A stretch of DNA of 64,000 bases. Source: the human T2T-CHM13v2.0 reference genome, Homo sapiens. The translations under genes were made by a program, and so were the position numbers. Below, in pieces: positions 1 to 14,883 of the stretch (positions are counted from its first letter, which is position 1; every line of letters begins with the position of its first letter). Where the stretch lies: NCBI RefSeq assembly GCF_009914755.1, contig NC_060938.1; one strand, written 5' to 3'. Under the pieces are notes generated by a model, which worked only from the letters and a program-made list of their open reading frames with translations, searched no databases and had not been told where the DNA came from.

Positions 1-210
1 TAAATATAGGCTATTCCATCAATAAATTTGTGGGAGAAAATAAGGAGATGAGAAGGCAGCTTAGTATTCCAATAAAATATCTTATTTTAGAAGAGAAGAC
101 TTGAGTATATTTATAGGCTCAGAGGGAAAAGCCAATGGAAGGGGAGAGATGGAGGTGTGAAAAGGAAGAAATAATCAACGGAACAGTCACCCAAGTGAGG
201 GGAAGGCAAT
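1..210 (-). mobile_element. L2 LINE fragment (old)
   Basis: Purine-rich 'gaagacttgagtatatttataggctcagagggaaaagccaatggaaggggagagatggagg' resembles antisense L2; boundaries approximate. Confidence 0.5.
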
Positions 211-714
211 GGGATTAAGTTAAACCTGTGGTTCTTTGTCATTTGGAACCAGTTTTGGGGACTAGTAACCAATTTGGCTTGCTTGAGGACCTACTGAAGT
301 GGGGTAGAAATCCCCTAAGATTTCCCTGGGCCAAAAGATAGCCAGAATAGGAGGTAACCCAAGGTCTCTTAGGGTTATCTGGAAATAGTTTGACCTTCCA
401 GCACCATTGAAATGCTTTTGTAGAGAGCCATATTATTCAAGTTCAAAAAAGAAAAATCACAGAGCATTCATTCTTAGCAGACATTGTATGGGGATACATT
501 TATAGCTATGTTCCAGGGTTTTGTTTCATGTCACAGAAAATGCTTGGCAGCTCTCCAGCTAACTGAATCTGGTTACAGGAAAAAGAAATGATTTTATCCT
601 GTGTCACTGCTTTCATATTCATTAGCATGTAATTAGAAGCAATGGAGGAATTCCTAGATTAGCAGTTTTCATTTAAAAGGTTTTTAAAAAATAATAGCTA
701 AGTCTGTTTAATTT

Positions 715-1202
715 GAAATTCTTTAATTTTAATTATTTTATTTTAGATTCAGGGGGTATATGTGCCTGTTACATGGGTATTACATGTGTAATGGTGGGGG
801 TTGGGCTTCTAGTGTACCCATCAACCAAATATTGGACATTGTACTCAGCAAGTAATTTTCAGTCCTTCCCTCTGTGGAGTCCCCAGACTTCATATGATAG
901 CTTTGTTTTTCTCCATCTTTATGTTCATGTGTGCCATTTGGTTAGCTCCCACTTATAAGTGAGAACATGCAATGTTTGATTTTTTTTGCTTTTGTGTTAG
1001 TTCCTTAAGATAATGGCCTCCAGTTCCATCCATGTTGCTGCAAAGGACATGATTTCATTCTTTTTTATGGCTTCATAGTATTCCATGGGGTATCTATGCC
1101 ATATTTTCTTTACCCATTCAACTGTTGGTGGACATTTAGGTTGGTTCCATGACTATGCTATTGTAAATAGTGCTGCAATAAACATATGAGTGCAGGTGTC
1201 TT
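715..1202 (-). mobile_element. L1PB-type (L1PB4-like) 3' end, left part; continues at 9121
   Basis: Antisense L1 3' UTR 'ttttagattcagggggtatatgtg...gggcttctagtgtacccatc'. It breaks at caggtgtctt (1193-1202) and resumes at caggtatctt (9121-9130). Confidence 0.8.
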
Positions 1203-1767
1203 CTGTTTTTATTTTTTTAATCTGTCGCAGGCTTTAAAAATTAAATTTTAATTTGTGTGGGTACCTAGTAGGTTTATATATTTGTGGGGTACATGAGAGG
1301 TTTCAGTACAGCCATGCAATGTGTAATAATCACATCATGTAAAATGAGGGATCTCTACCATCAAACATTAATCCTTTGTGTTATAAACAATCTAACTATA
1401 CTCTTTTAGTTATTTAAAAATGTACAATTATTATTAACTGTAGTTACCCTGTTGTGCTAGCAAATACTAGGACTTATGAATACTTTCTACTTTTTTGTAC
1501 CCATTAACCATCCCCACCTTATCCTCCTGCCACTCTTCTAGCCTCTGATAGCCAGCCACCCTTCTACTATCTATGTCCATGAGTTCGATTGCTTTGAATT
1601 TTAGGTCCCACAAATAAATGAGAGCATGCAATGTTTGTCTTTCTGTGCCTGGTTTATTTCACATAGCATAATGACCTCCAGTTCCATCCATGTTTTTGCA
1701 GATGACAGGATCTCATTCTTTTTTATGGCTGAATAGTACTCTATTGTGTATAAGTACCACATTTTCT

Positions 1768-2158
1768 GTGGCACATATACACCATGGAATACTATGCAGC
1801 CATAAAAAATGATGAGTTCATGTCCTTTGTAGGGACATGGATGAAGCTGGAAACCATCATTCTCAGCAAACTATCGCAAGGACAAAAAACCAAACACCGC
1901 CTGTTCTCACTCATAGGTGGGAATTGAACAATGAGAACACATGGACACAGGAAGGGGAACATCACACACCGGGGACTGTTAGGGGGTGGGGGGAGCGGGG
2001 AGGGATAGCATTAGGAGATATACCTAATGCTAAATGACGAGTTAATGGGTGCAGCACACCAACATGGCACATGTATACATATGTAACAAACCTGCACATT
2101 GTGCACATGTACCCTAAAACTTAAAGTATAATAATAATAATTAAAGAAAAATTTAAAA
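1768..2158 (+). mobile_element. 5'-truncated young L1 (L1PA3/L1PA4-like) 3' end
   Basis: Near-consensus L1PA 3' UTR (ctatcgcaaggacaaaaaacc; aatgctaaatgacgagttaatggg; cttaaagtataataataataa). TSD aagta(c/t)cacattttct at 1752-1767 and 2159-2174. Confidence 0.93.
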
Positions 2159-3477
2159 AAGTATCACATTTTCTTTATCCACGCATCTGTGATGGACACT
2201 TAGGTTGCTTCCAAATTGTGGATATTATGAACAGTGCTGCTACAAACATGGGAGTGTAGATTTCTCTTTCATGTACTGATATCTTTTTTTTTAAGGTATA
2301 TACCCAGCAGTGGGATTGCTAGATCATATGGTAGCTCCATTTTTAGTTTTTTTTGGAACCTCCCAACTGTTCTTCGTAGTTATTGTACTAATTTACAATC
2401 CCAGCCAACAGTGTTCCCTTTGCTCCACATCCTTGCCAGCATTTATGATTCCCTGCCTTTTGAATGAAAGCCATTTTAACTGGAATGAGGTGATATCTCA
2501 CTGTAGTTTTGATTTGCATTTCTCTGATGATCAATGATGTTGAACACCTTTCCATAGAGTTATTTCTTAACTTTGTTGATTGTTTCCTTTGCTGTACAGA
2601 AGCTTTTTAACTTGATGCAATCCCATTTATCCATTTTTGCTTTGGTTGCCAGTGCCTGTGGGGTATTACTGAATAAATTTTTGCCCAGACCAATGTCCTG
2701 AAATGTTTCCCTGATGTTTTCTTGTAGTAGTTTCATAGTTTGAGGTTTTAGATTTAAGTCTTTAATCTATTTTGATTAGATTTTTGTAAAAGGCAAGAGA
2801 TAGGGATCTAGTTTCATTCTTCTGCATATGGATTTCCAGTTTTCCCACCACCATTTATTGAAGAGACTATCTTTTCCTCAGTGTATGCTCTTGGCACCTT
2901 TGTCCAAAATGAGTTCACAATAAGTGTGTGGATTGTTTCTGGGTTCTCTATTCTGTTCCACTGGTGTATGCATCTGCTCTTATGCCAGTATCATGGTGTT
3001 TTGGTTAGTGCAGCTCTGTAGCATAATTTGAAGTCAGATAATGTGATTCTTCCAGTTTTGCTCTTTTTGCTTAGGATCATTTTGGCTATTCTGGGTCTTT
3101 TGAGGTTCCATATAAATTTTAGGATTTTTTTCTATATATGTGAAGAATGTCATTGGTATTTTGATAGGGATTGCACTGAATTTGTAGATTGCTTTGGGTA
3201 GTATGAACATTTTAGCAATGTTGATTTTTCCAATCCACGAATATGAAATATCTTTCCATTTTTTGGTGCCTTCTTCAATTTAGTTCATTAGTGCTTTGTA
3301 GTTTTCATTATAGAGATCTTTTCCTTCTTTAATTCCTGGATATTTAATTTTATGTGTGGCTATTATAAATGGTATTACTTTTTTGATTTTTCAGATTGTT
3401 TACTGTTGTCATGTAGAAATGCTGATTTTTGTATGTTGATTTTGTATCCTGCAACTTTATAGAATTTATCAGTTCTA

Positions 3478-3657
<180 letters not shown>

Positions 3658-4246
3658 TCATTGTGTTCCAAATCTTACAGGAAAGGCTTTAAGTTTTTCC
3701 TCATTTAGTAGGATACTAGCTATGGGTCTGTTATATATGGCTTTTATTATGTTGAGGTATGTTCCTCTATACCCATTTTTTTAGGGTTTTTATCATGAAG
3801 GGATGTTGAATTTTATTAAATGCTTTTTCAGCATCAATTGAAATGATCATATAGTTTTTGTTTTTCCTTCTCTTGATATGATATACCACACTGACTGATT
3901 TGCATATGTTGAACCATCCTTGCATCCCAGGAATAAATCCCACTTGGTTATAATGAATGATCTTTTTAATGTATTGTTGAATTCCATTTGGTAATATTTT
4001 GTTGAGGACCTTTGCATCAATATTCATCAGAGATATTGGGCTACAGTTTTCTGTTTTTAATATGTCTTTGTCTGGTTTTGGTATCAGGCAATTCTGGCAT
4101 TATAGAATGAATTTGGAAGGATTCTGTCCTCTATTTTTTGGAATAGTTTGAGAGTTTGAGTAGGATTGGTATTGGTTCTCCTTTAAATGTTTGGTAGAAT
4201 ACAGCAGTGAAGCCATTGAGTTGCAAGCTTTTCTTTACTAGAAGAC

Positions 4247-4553
<307 letters not shown>

Positions 4554-7500
4554 TGGGAGACTTTTTATTATGGCTTCAATCTTGTTACTTGTCTGTTCAG
4601 GTTTTGGATTTCTTCATGGTTCAATCTTGGTAGGTTGTATGTGTCTAGAAATTTATCAATTTCTTCTAGATGTTTCAATTTATTGGCATATAGTTGCTCA
4701 TAGCAGCCACTAATGATCCTTTGAATTTCTGCAGTATCAGTTGTAATGTCTTCTTTTCGTGTCTGATTTTATTTATTTGGATCTTCTCTCTTTTTTCTTA
4801 GTCTGGCTAAAGGTTTCTGAATTTTGTTTAGCTTTTCAAAAAACCAACTTTTTGTTTCATTGATATTTTGTATTCTTCATTTCAAATTTATTTCCGTTCT
4901 GATCTTTATTTCTTTTCTTCTACTAATTTTGGGTTTGGCTTGCTCTTGTTCTTTAAAATGCATTATTAGGTTGTTTATTTGAAATTTTTCTTGTTTTTTG
5001 ATGTAGGCACTTATAGCTATAAACTTCCCTCTTAGTATTGTTTTTGCTGTGTCTCACAGGTTTTGGTATGGGACTTATGTGTTTCCATTATCATTTGTTT
5101 CAAGAAAATTTTCAATTTCCTTCTTAATTTCTCCGTAGACCCATTGGTCATTCAGGAGCATATTGTTTAATTTCCATGTATTTGTATCGTTTCCAAATTC
5201 CTCTAGTTTTATTCCATTGTGGTAAGAGAAGATGCTTGATATTATCTCAGTTTTTTGAATGTTTTAAGACTTGTTTTTTGACCTAACATATGGTCTATTC
5301 ATGTGCTGGGGAAAAGAATGTGTATTCTGCAGCTGTTGGATGAAATGTTCTGTAAATATACATTAGGTCCATTTGGTCTATAGTGCAGATTAAATCTGAT
5401 GTTTCTTTATTGATTTTCTGTCTGGAAGATCTGTCCAATATTGAAAGTGGGGTGTTGAAGTAGAGCACTCCACTTATTATTAGCTATTATTGTACTGGGG
5501 CCTGTCTCTTTAGCTCTCATATTTGCTTTATATATCTGGGTTCTCTAGTGTTGGGTGCATATGTATTTAAAGTTGTTATATCCTCCTGCTGAATCGACCC
5601 CTTTATCATTATATGGTGACCTTCTTTGTCTCCTCTTACAGTTTTTGTCTTGAAATCTATTTTGTCTGATATAAGTATAGTGATTCCTGCTCTTTTTCAG
5701 TTTTCATTGGCATGGAATATCTTTTTCCATCCCTTTATTTTCAGTCCATGTGCATCTTTATAGATGAATAGTGTTTCTTGTAGGCAACAGATCACTGGGT
5801 CTTGCTTTTTCATCCATTCTGCCAGCCTGCATCTTTTGATTGGAGAGTTTAGTCCATTTGCATTCAGTGTTACCATTGTTAAGAACTTACTCCTGCCATT
5901 TTGTCATTTTCTTGTTGTTTTATGGTCTTCTCTTCCTTCTTTCATTCCTTCCTGCCTTCCTTTTAGTGAAGGTAATTTTTTTCTGGTGATATGATTTAGT
6001 TTCTTGCATTTTATCTTTTGTGTATCTGTTGTATGTTTTTTTATTGGAAGTTACCATGAGGCTTGCAAATACTATCTTATAACCCATTATTTTAAGCAGA
6101 AAACAACACTATTTGCATAAACAAACAAGCAAAAAGAAAACTGATAAAGATTCTATGCCTTTACTCTGTCTTCCTGTTTTTAAACTTTTTGTTGCTTCTC
6201 TTTATATCTTACTGTACTGTCTACATTTTGAAAAGTTGTTGTTATTATTTTTGGTCAGTTCATCATTTAATCTTTCTACTTAAGACTAGTTTACACACCA
6301 CAGTTAGAATGTTATGTATGTTTCTCCTTGTACTTACTGTTACCAGTGAGTTTTACACCTTCAGATGATTTCTTATTGTTCATTAACATCCTTTTCTTCC
6401 TAATTGAAGTACTTCCTTTAGCATTTCTTGTTGGACAGGTCTGGTGTTATTGAAATCTTTCAGCTTTCGTTTGTCTGGGAAAGTCTTTATTTTTCCTTTA
6501 TCTTTGAAGGATATTTTTGCTAGATATACTATTCTATGGTAAAAGTCTTTTTTTCCCCAGCACTTTAAATATGTCATGCCATTCTCTCCTGACCTGTATG
6601 GTTTTCACTGAAAAGCCTGCTGCCTGATGTATTGGAGCCCCATTGTATTTTATGTTAGTTGTTTCTTTTCTCTTGCTGCTTTTAGGCTCTTTTCTTTATC
6701 TTTGACCTTTGAGAGTTTGATTATTAAATACCTTGAGGTAGTCCTCTTTGGGTTAAATCTGCTTGGTGTTCTATAACCTTCTTGTACTTGAATATTCATA
6801 TCTTTCTCTAGGTTTGGGAAGTTCTCTGTTATTACTCCTTTGAATAAACTTTCTACCCTTGTATCTCTCTTTCCATCTCCTCTTTATGGCCAATAACTCT
6901 GCCTTTTAAAGACTATTTTCTAGATATTTTAGATGTGCTTCCTTGTTTTCTATTATTTTTTCTTTTATCTCCTCTTACTGTATTTTCAAATAGCCTGTCT
7001 TCAAGCTGCCTAATTCTTTCTTCTCTTGATTAATTCTGCTGTTAAGAGACTCTAATGCATTCTTCAGTATGTCAATTGTAGTTTTTCAACTCCAGAATTT
7101 CTGCTTGTTTCTTTTTAATTATTTCAATCTCTTTGTTACATTTATCTGATAGGATTCTGAATTCTTCGTGTTATCTTGAATTTCATCGAGTTTCCTCAAA
7201 ACAGCTATTGGATTTTCTGTCTGAAAGGTTACATATTTCTGTCTCTCTCAGATTGACCCCTGAGGGCTTATTTAGTTTGTTTGGTGAGGTCATGTTTTCC
7301 TGTATGGTCTTCATGCTTGTGGATGTTTGTCTGTGTCTGGACATTGAAGAATTAGGTATTTATTGTAGTCTTCACTCTCTGGGCTTTTTTGTATTCATTC
7401 TTCTTGGGAAAGCTTTCCAGGTATTTGAAGGGATTTGGGTGTTGTGATCTAAGCGTTTGGTCACTGAAGCCGTATCTGCATTAGGACACATCCCATGCCC

Positions 7501-9120
7501 AGTAATAATGCTGTGGCTCTTGCAGACTTAGGTGCCACCTTGGTGGTCTTGGATAAAATCTGGAAGAATAATCTGGATTACCAGGCAGAGACTCTTGCTC
7601 TCTTTCCTTACTTTCTCCAAAACAAAAGGAGTCTCTCTCTCTCTCTCTGTGCTGAGCAGTCTGGAAGTGGAGGACACATGACATAAGCACCCCTGTGGCC
7701 ACCACCATTGGGACTCTGATGGTCAGACCTGGAACCAGCACAACACTGGGCCTCATTCAAGGCCCACTGTAGCCGCTACCTGGGTACTGCCTATGTTTGC
7801 TCAAGAACCTTGGGCTCTGTGATCAGCAGGTAGTGAAACCAGCTAAACTTGTGTCCTTCTCTTCAGTGCGCTGAGTTTCCCTGAGCCATGGGAAGGTCCA
7901 GACATGTTCTCTGGGAGACAGAGCCTGGAGTCAGAAATCTACCTGGTACTTTATTCTACTGTGGCAGAGCTGGCACCTAAACCACAGGGGCCCACTTAGG
8001 GCTTGACCCTTTTGTGACAGAGCTGGTATCTAAGCTGCAAGACAAGCCCCCTTTACCTTTCCCTCTGCTTTTATCAAGCAGAAGGAGTCTCTCCTTGTAG
8101 CTACCACAGGTGGCAATGTGCTGGATCAAACCTGAAGCCAGCATGTCTCAGAGTCATGCAAGGCCCACAGCACATATTACCTGGTTGTTGCTACAAATTT
8201 TTCAGGGCCCAAGGGCTTTTTAGTCAATAGGTGATGAATCCTGCCAGGACTGGGTTCTTCCCTTCAAGGCAGCAGGCTCCCTTCTGGCCCAAGCTTGCCT
8301 AGAAATGATGACCAGGAACTAGGCCCTAGAATGGGGGGCCTCCGGACTCTGTCTTGTGCCCTATCCTATTGTAACTGAACTTGTATCCAATTTGTAAGAC
8401 AAAATTGTCTTTACTCTTCTCTCTCCTCTCCTGAGGCAGAAGGAAGGAGTCTTTTTTGGAGCTGTGAGCTGCACTGCCTGGAGTTGGGGGAGGGCTGACT
8501 GGCACAAGCACTCTCTTAGTTGCCCCAGCCAGTGTCTCGCTGGGTCATGTGTCCCCCAAAATCCACTGGTTCTGAGCCCAGCACAGCATTAGGATTTGCT
8601 TAGGAGTTGCAGTCGTTGTGGCATAGATTGCCTTTCAAATTTATTTAGGACCCCAGAGCACTTTAGCTTGTGGTGGCGAGGCTTGCTGAAATTCAAGTTC
8701 TGACTGCTTGGATGGGTGATTTCCCTCTGATTAGGGCTCATCTAAATGCTCCATCCATGGGCACTGGCTGAGTTCTGTCTGGTGTTGCTTTCTGCTGTGA
8801 TAGGGCAGCACTGAGTTCCAATGCAAAGTCCCACAATCACTATGCTCTCCCTCCCTCAAGTGCACAGATTCTTTACCTCATGTGGCCACTGTCAGGGGGT
8901 GGGAGAGGGGTGGCATTGGCAGTTCAAGACTGTCTTTCCTACCCTCTTTAGTGCCTCTTTCAGTGATATGAAGTTAAAACCAGGTACTCTGATTGGTCAC
9001 CCGATTTTTCATTCTTATGTAGGTGCTTTTTTGTGTGGATAGTTGTTCCATTTGATGTTCCTGAAGGGAGGATGGTTGGTGGAGGCTTCTATTGGCCATC
9101 TTGTGCTGCCTCCACTTCCA

Positions 9121-9765
<645 letters not shown>

Positions 9766-10094
9766 TTAAAATAAAAAACATTTTTATCTAACTTTATTAT
9801 GTCTACCCAGTAAGTAAATTGTAAACATTTCAAATAATGAGATTCTTTTATGTTTATCCCTTCAGTGCCCTCCACATCAGATGCATTCAACAAAAATCTA
9901 TTGCTTTGGTTTGGATGAAAATGCCTGTAATCTTTCTATTTGCCCTATTATGTGTTGGTAATCATTAGTGAATCAGAATGTTCTTCAGATTACTTTTGAG
10001 GCCAACATTATATTTTCTTGAGTTTTAAACTTGTGAAAGGGTTAAGGGGATGAATTGGCTGTTGTGAAAACAGCAGTTACTCTGAAAGATTATT

Positions 10095-11997
10095 ATTATT
10101 TTTTCTTAAACTTTTATTTTTATTTTAAATTCAGGGGTACATGTACAAGATGTGCAGGTTTGTTATATAGATAAATGTGTGTCATGATGGTTTGCTGCAC
10201 AAATCATCCCATCACCTACGTATTAAGCCCAGCATCCATTAGCTGTTCTTCCTGATGCTCTCCCTCCTCCCACCCCACCCTCCAACAGGCCCCAGTGTGT
10301 GTTGTTTCTCCCCATGTGTCCATATGTTCTCATCATTCAACTCCCACTTACAAGTGAGAACATGTGGTGTTTGGTTTCCTGTACCTGCATTAGTTTGCTG
10401 AGGATAGTGGCTTCCAAGTCCACCCATGTCCCTGCAAAGGATATGATCTTGCTCCTTTTTATGGCTGCATAGTATTCCATGGTGTATATGTACCACATTT
10501 TCTTTATCCAGTCTATCATTGATGGGCATTTAGGTTGACTCCATGTCTTTGCTATTGTGAATAGTGCTGCAATGAACATACGTATGCAGGTATCTTTATA
10601 ATAGAATGATGTATATTCCTTTGGGTGTATACCAAGTAATGGGATTGCTGGGTCAAATGGTATTTCTGCCTCTAGGTCTTTGAGGAATCACCACACTGTC
10701 TTCCACAATGGTTGAACTAACTTACACTCCCACCAGTAGTGTAAAAGCATCCCTTTTCCTCCACAACCTTGCCAGCACCTGTTGTTTTTTGACTTTTTAA
10801 TAACAGCCATTCTGACTGGCACGAGGTGATGTCTCACTGTGGTTTTGATTTGCATTTCTCTAATAATCAGTGATGTTGAGCTTTGTTTCATGTTTGTTGG
10901 TTGCATGTATGTCTTCTTTTGAGAAGTGTCTATTCATGTCTTTTGCCCACTTTTTAATGGGGTTGTTTGCTTTTTTTCTTGCAAATTTGTTTAAGTTCCT
11001 TGTAGACTCTGGATATTAGACCTTCATCGGATGGATAGATTGCAAAAATTTTCTTCCATTCTGTAGCTTATCTCTTCCCTCTGATAATTTATTTTGCTGT
11101 GCAGAAGCTCTTTAATTAGATCCCATTTGTCAATTTTTGCTTTCGTTGCAATTGCTTTTGGCATTTTCATCATGAAATCTTTGCCAATGCCTATATCCTG
11201 AATTCAATGCCTATATCCTGTATTGCCTAGATTTTCTTCCAGAGTTTTTATAGTTTTGGGTTTTACATTTAAGTCTTTACTCTATCTTGAGTTAATTTTT
11301 GTCTATGGTTTAAGGAAGGGTTCCCATTTCAATATTCTACATATGGATAGCCAGTTTTCCCAGCACCATTTATTAAATAGGGAATCCTTTCCCCATTGCT
11401 TTTTTTTTGTCAGATTTGTTGAAGATCAGATGGTTGTAGGTGTGCAGTCTTATTTCTGAGATGTCTATTCTGTTCCATTGGTCTATGTGTCTGTTTTTGT
11501 ACCAGTACTGTGCTGTTTTGGTTACTGTAGCCTTGTAGGATAGTTTGAAGTTGAGTAGCGTGATACTTCCAGCTTTGTTCTTTTTGTTTAGGATTGTCTT
11601 GGCTATTCAGGCTCTTTTTGGTTCCATTTGAATTTTAAAATAGTTTTTTTCTAATTCTGTAAAGAACATCAATGGTAGTTTAATAGGAATAGCATTGAAT
11701 CTATAAACTACTTTGGGCAGTATGGCCATTTTCATGATATTGATTCTCCTATCCAAGAGCATGGAATGTTTCTCTATTTATTTGTGTCCTCTCTGATTTC
11801 TTTGAGCAGTGGTTTGTAGTTCTACTTGAAGAGGTTCTTCGCTTCCCTTGTTAGCTGTATTCCTAGGTATTTTATTCTTTTTGTGGCAATTGTGAGTGGC
11901 AATTCATTCATGATTTGGCTCTCTGCTTGCCTGTTGTTGGTGTATAGGAATGCTTGTGATTTTTGCATGTTGGTTTTGTATCCTGAGACTTTGCTGG
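10095..11997 (-). mobile_element. 5'-truncated L1PA (about PA11-PA13-like), 1.9 kb
   Basis: ORF2 C-terminal remnants (MFIAALFTIAKTWSQPKCPS; IREMQIKTTVRHHLVPVRMA) and an L1PA 3' UTR. TSD gaaagattatt at 10084-10094 and 11998-12008. Confidence 0.92.
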
Positions 11998-12134
11998 GAA
12001 AGATTATTTAAAAAGCAACATATCTTTTTCATTTGAAAGAAAGTTAATTAGGATTTTTAAAAGTCAAATTGATACTGTAAACACAGAGGTTTATTGCCTG
12101 TTATATTATTGATGATTTAAAGCATGGAGTTTGA

Positions 12135-12427
<293 letters not shown>

Positions 12428-12584
12428 TTGTTGTTCTTTACTTGTCCCAAACAGACAGAGCTTTAAAGTCAGAAGAATTAAAATTGTTTTGGACCCTTGA
12501 GTCACTGGGGCCCTTTAGAGGCTGGGCATCTTTTCACTATTGCTATATTCAGGGTCAGTTTTTAATCTGCAATGAGAAACCTAC

Positions 12585-12939
12585 TGTTATGGTTTGAGAG
12601 TTTGTGTCTCCCCAAGTACATGTGTTGAAATCCTAACCCTCAAGATGATGGCATTAGGAAGAGGTGATAAGGTCATGAGGGCAGAACCTTCATAAATGGG
12701 AATAGTGCTAAGGCCTTCATAAAATAGGGCTAAGGCCTTCTGCTATCTTCTTTGTACCTTCTACACAGGGAGAAGGTACCATCTATGAATCAGGAAACAG
12801 AACTTCACCAGATACCAGATCTGCTGGCACTTTGATCTTGGAACTTTCCAGACTCCATAACTGCAAGAAATAAATTGCTATTGTTTTTAAGCCGCTAGCT
12901 TATGGCATTTTGTTACAGCAGTCTGAATGGACAAAGACA
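12585..12939 (+). mobile_element. MLT1A-type MaLR solo LTR
   Basis: TG...CA ends (tgttatggtttg ... gaatggacaaagaca), internal AATAAA, and TSD-like cctac/cttac. Confidence 0.8.
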
Positions 12940-13169
12940 CTTACATGTTGCAAATGGGAAAATTTGGGGATAGGAAACGGATGGGTTTTTAAGGAAGGAG
13001 CTTCTCGGGGAAATAGTAGTGGGAGCACAATTTATTATTGGAGGTCTTTCAGTCTGTGATTACCTTTGGAATTATTAGGATTTCTCATGGACATCTTATT
13101 CATCAAGGACATAAAATTTGAACTTTTGATCTAATGTCTAAATGTGTCTCTATATACATGCATATTGAT

Positions 13170-13272
13170 ACTGTAAGTCAAAAAGGTGTACACATAATAC
13201 ACGTAATCTATGAACATCATAGTTTACCCTACCATGCTTTAAATATGCTCAGAACACTTGCTTTAGCCTATA
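13170..13272 (+). mobile_element. MER47A-like fragment
   Basis: Aligns by eye with the internal part of the complete copy at 14515-14883 (aacatcatagttt...aatatgctcagaacactt). Confidence 0.55.
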
Positions 13273-14514
13273 TATATTAGGTTGATACACACACACCCCC
13301 ACCCCAATATGTGTATGTGTACATACACATATGCACATACACACATGTATACATGTATATATACTTTTTCCAGAGATATACTTGTGAGATTGAAAGAAGG
13401 TATTAGTATTCATTATGCAACTTTAAACTTGGGTTCTAGATCACACCACTGTGAATTAAGGTATTTATATATCTAGTGATTATCTTGTAAATAATATAAT
13501 TTTGCCACTTTTTTCAAAAGGGGCTAATTTGTTGAATGAAAAAATTTAAAATATACTCCAATGATGTTAAAATCTCTTCTGGCATTTCCTAATTTTTATT
13601 ATACTAACTTTACCTAGTTTTAATCATACTACACACACACGCGCGCACGCGCGTGCACATGCTTATACCTCTCTCGGAGATCCTTGTCACTATTACTATA
13701 GTAAGAAATAGTAAGTGGATTGGCTTTTGCTTGTGCCTTTCCTTTTTTCACATGTTCAATGTTTATAATGTCACTGCTCTGGTTTGCCAACCCAGAAAGT
13801 CAGCCCATCTGGGAGTCCTTCTTGTGCATTTGTTTAGGGAGAAAACTGGTTTCCTTGGACTCCTTTGACCAATTTAGCAAAGTGAGGAAAGAGAGGAACC
13901 CAACATTGATTGCCTCCCTAGAAACATACGCATCACTCGTGGTTATTCTATCTTGTGTATATATGTGTGTATACATTCATATGGAGCAGCAGTTTTTTGC
14001 AGTGTGTTTTTCTCCACACTTACCTAAAGTTTATAAAAACTGTTGCTTATTCTTTTTTTTTTTCCCACTAGCTTAGCCCATGGCATGCACAGTGAATATT
14101 TCCACCACTCCCACCCTGCCTCTATATATAGAAGAGGACTTGTGGGATCTTTCTTTTGCTTGTCTCATATTAGTGAAAATCTAGCACCTTGGGTTTTTCT
14201 CTCATCACACTTGCTTGTATAGGAAATGGGGAAGCAAGGTTATATGAGTACCTTATCTACAAGGACTGAGATAAATTTATTGATTGTTAGCTTGGTGTCC
14301 AAAAAGTTTTTCTCTTTTTGTCATTCATTAACTACAAATCAAAGACAGAGTCCTTCAAGTCAAAAGGTGACTTAGGGCATATTTACATTTTCAGAATCTA
14401 TTTAATGCTATCTGAGTCCAAGTTAATTTCCTAAGGAAGGTAAGGAACAAGTTTATCTTGCACCTATTGGTGGATTAATTAGACTATAATTTTGCATGGA
14501 ACTACAGATGTATA

Positions 14515-14883
14515 CAGATGCTCCTTGACTTATGATGGGGTTGTGTCCTGATCAACCCATCGTAAGTTGAAAATAATTGTAAGTCGAAAATGTGTTTAAT
14601 ACACATAACCTGCCAAACATCATAGTTTAGCCTACACTACCTTTAATATGCTCACAACACTTATACTGGCCTAGAGTTGGGCAAACTTATCTAGCACAAA
14701 ACCTATTTTATAATAAATTATTGAATATCTCATGTAATATATTGAATACTGTACTGAAAGTGAGAAACAGGATGGTTTTGTGGGTACTCAAAGTATGGTT
14801 TCTACTGAATACATATTGCTTTTGCACCACTGTAATGTTGAAAAAAATCTTGAGTTGAACCATCCTAAGTTGGGGACTATCTG
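14515..14883 (+). mobile_element. MER47A (Tigger-family MITE), complete
   Basis: Ends cagatgctccttgacttatgatgg ... ccatcctaagttggggactatctg form terminal inverted repeats, with TA on both sides. Confidence 0.88.

Noticed and set aside
11185-11220. Short tandem duplication (caatgcctatatcctg x2) in L1PA
   Set aside because: Ordinary small slippage event with no further implication.
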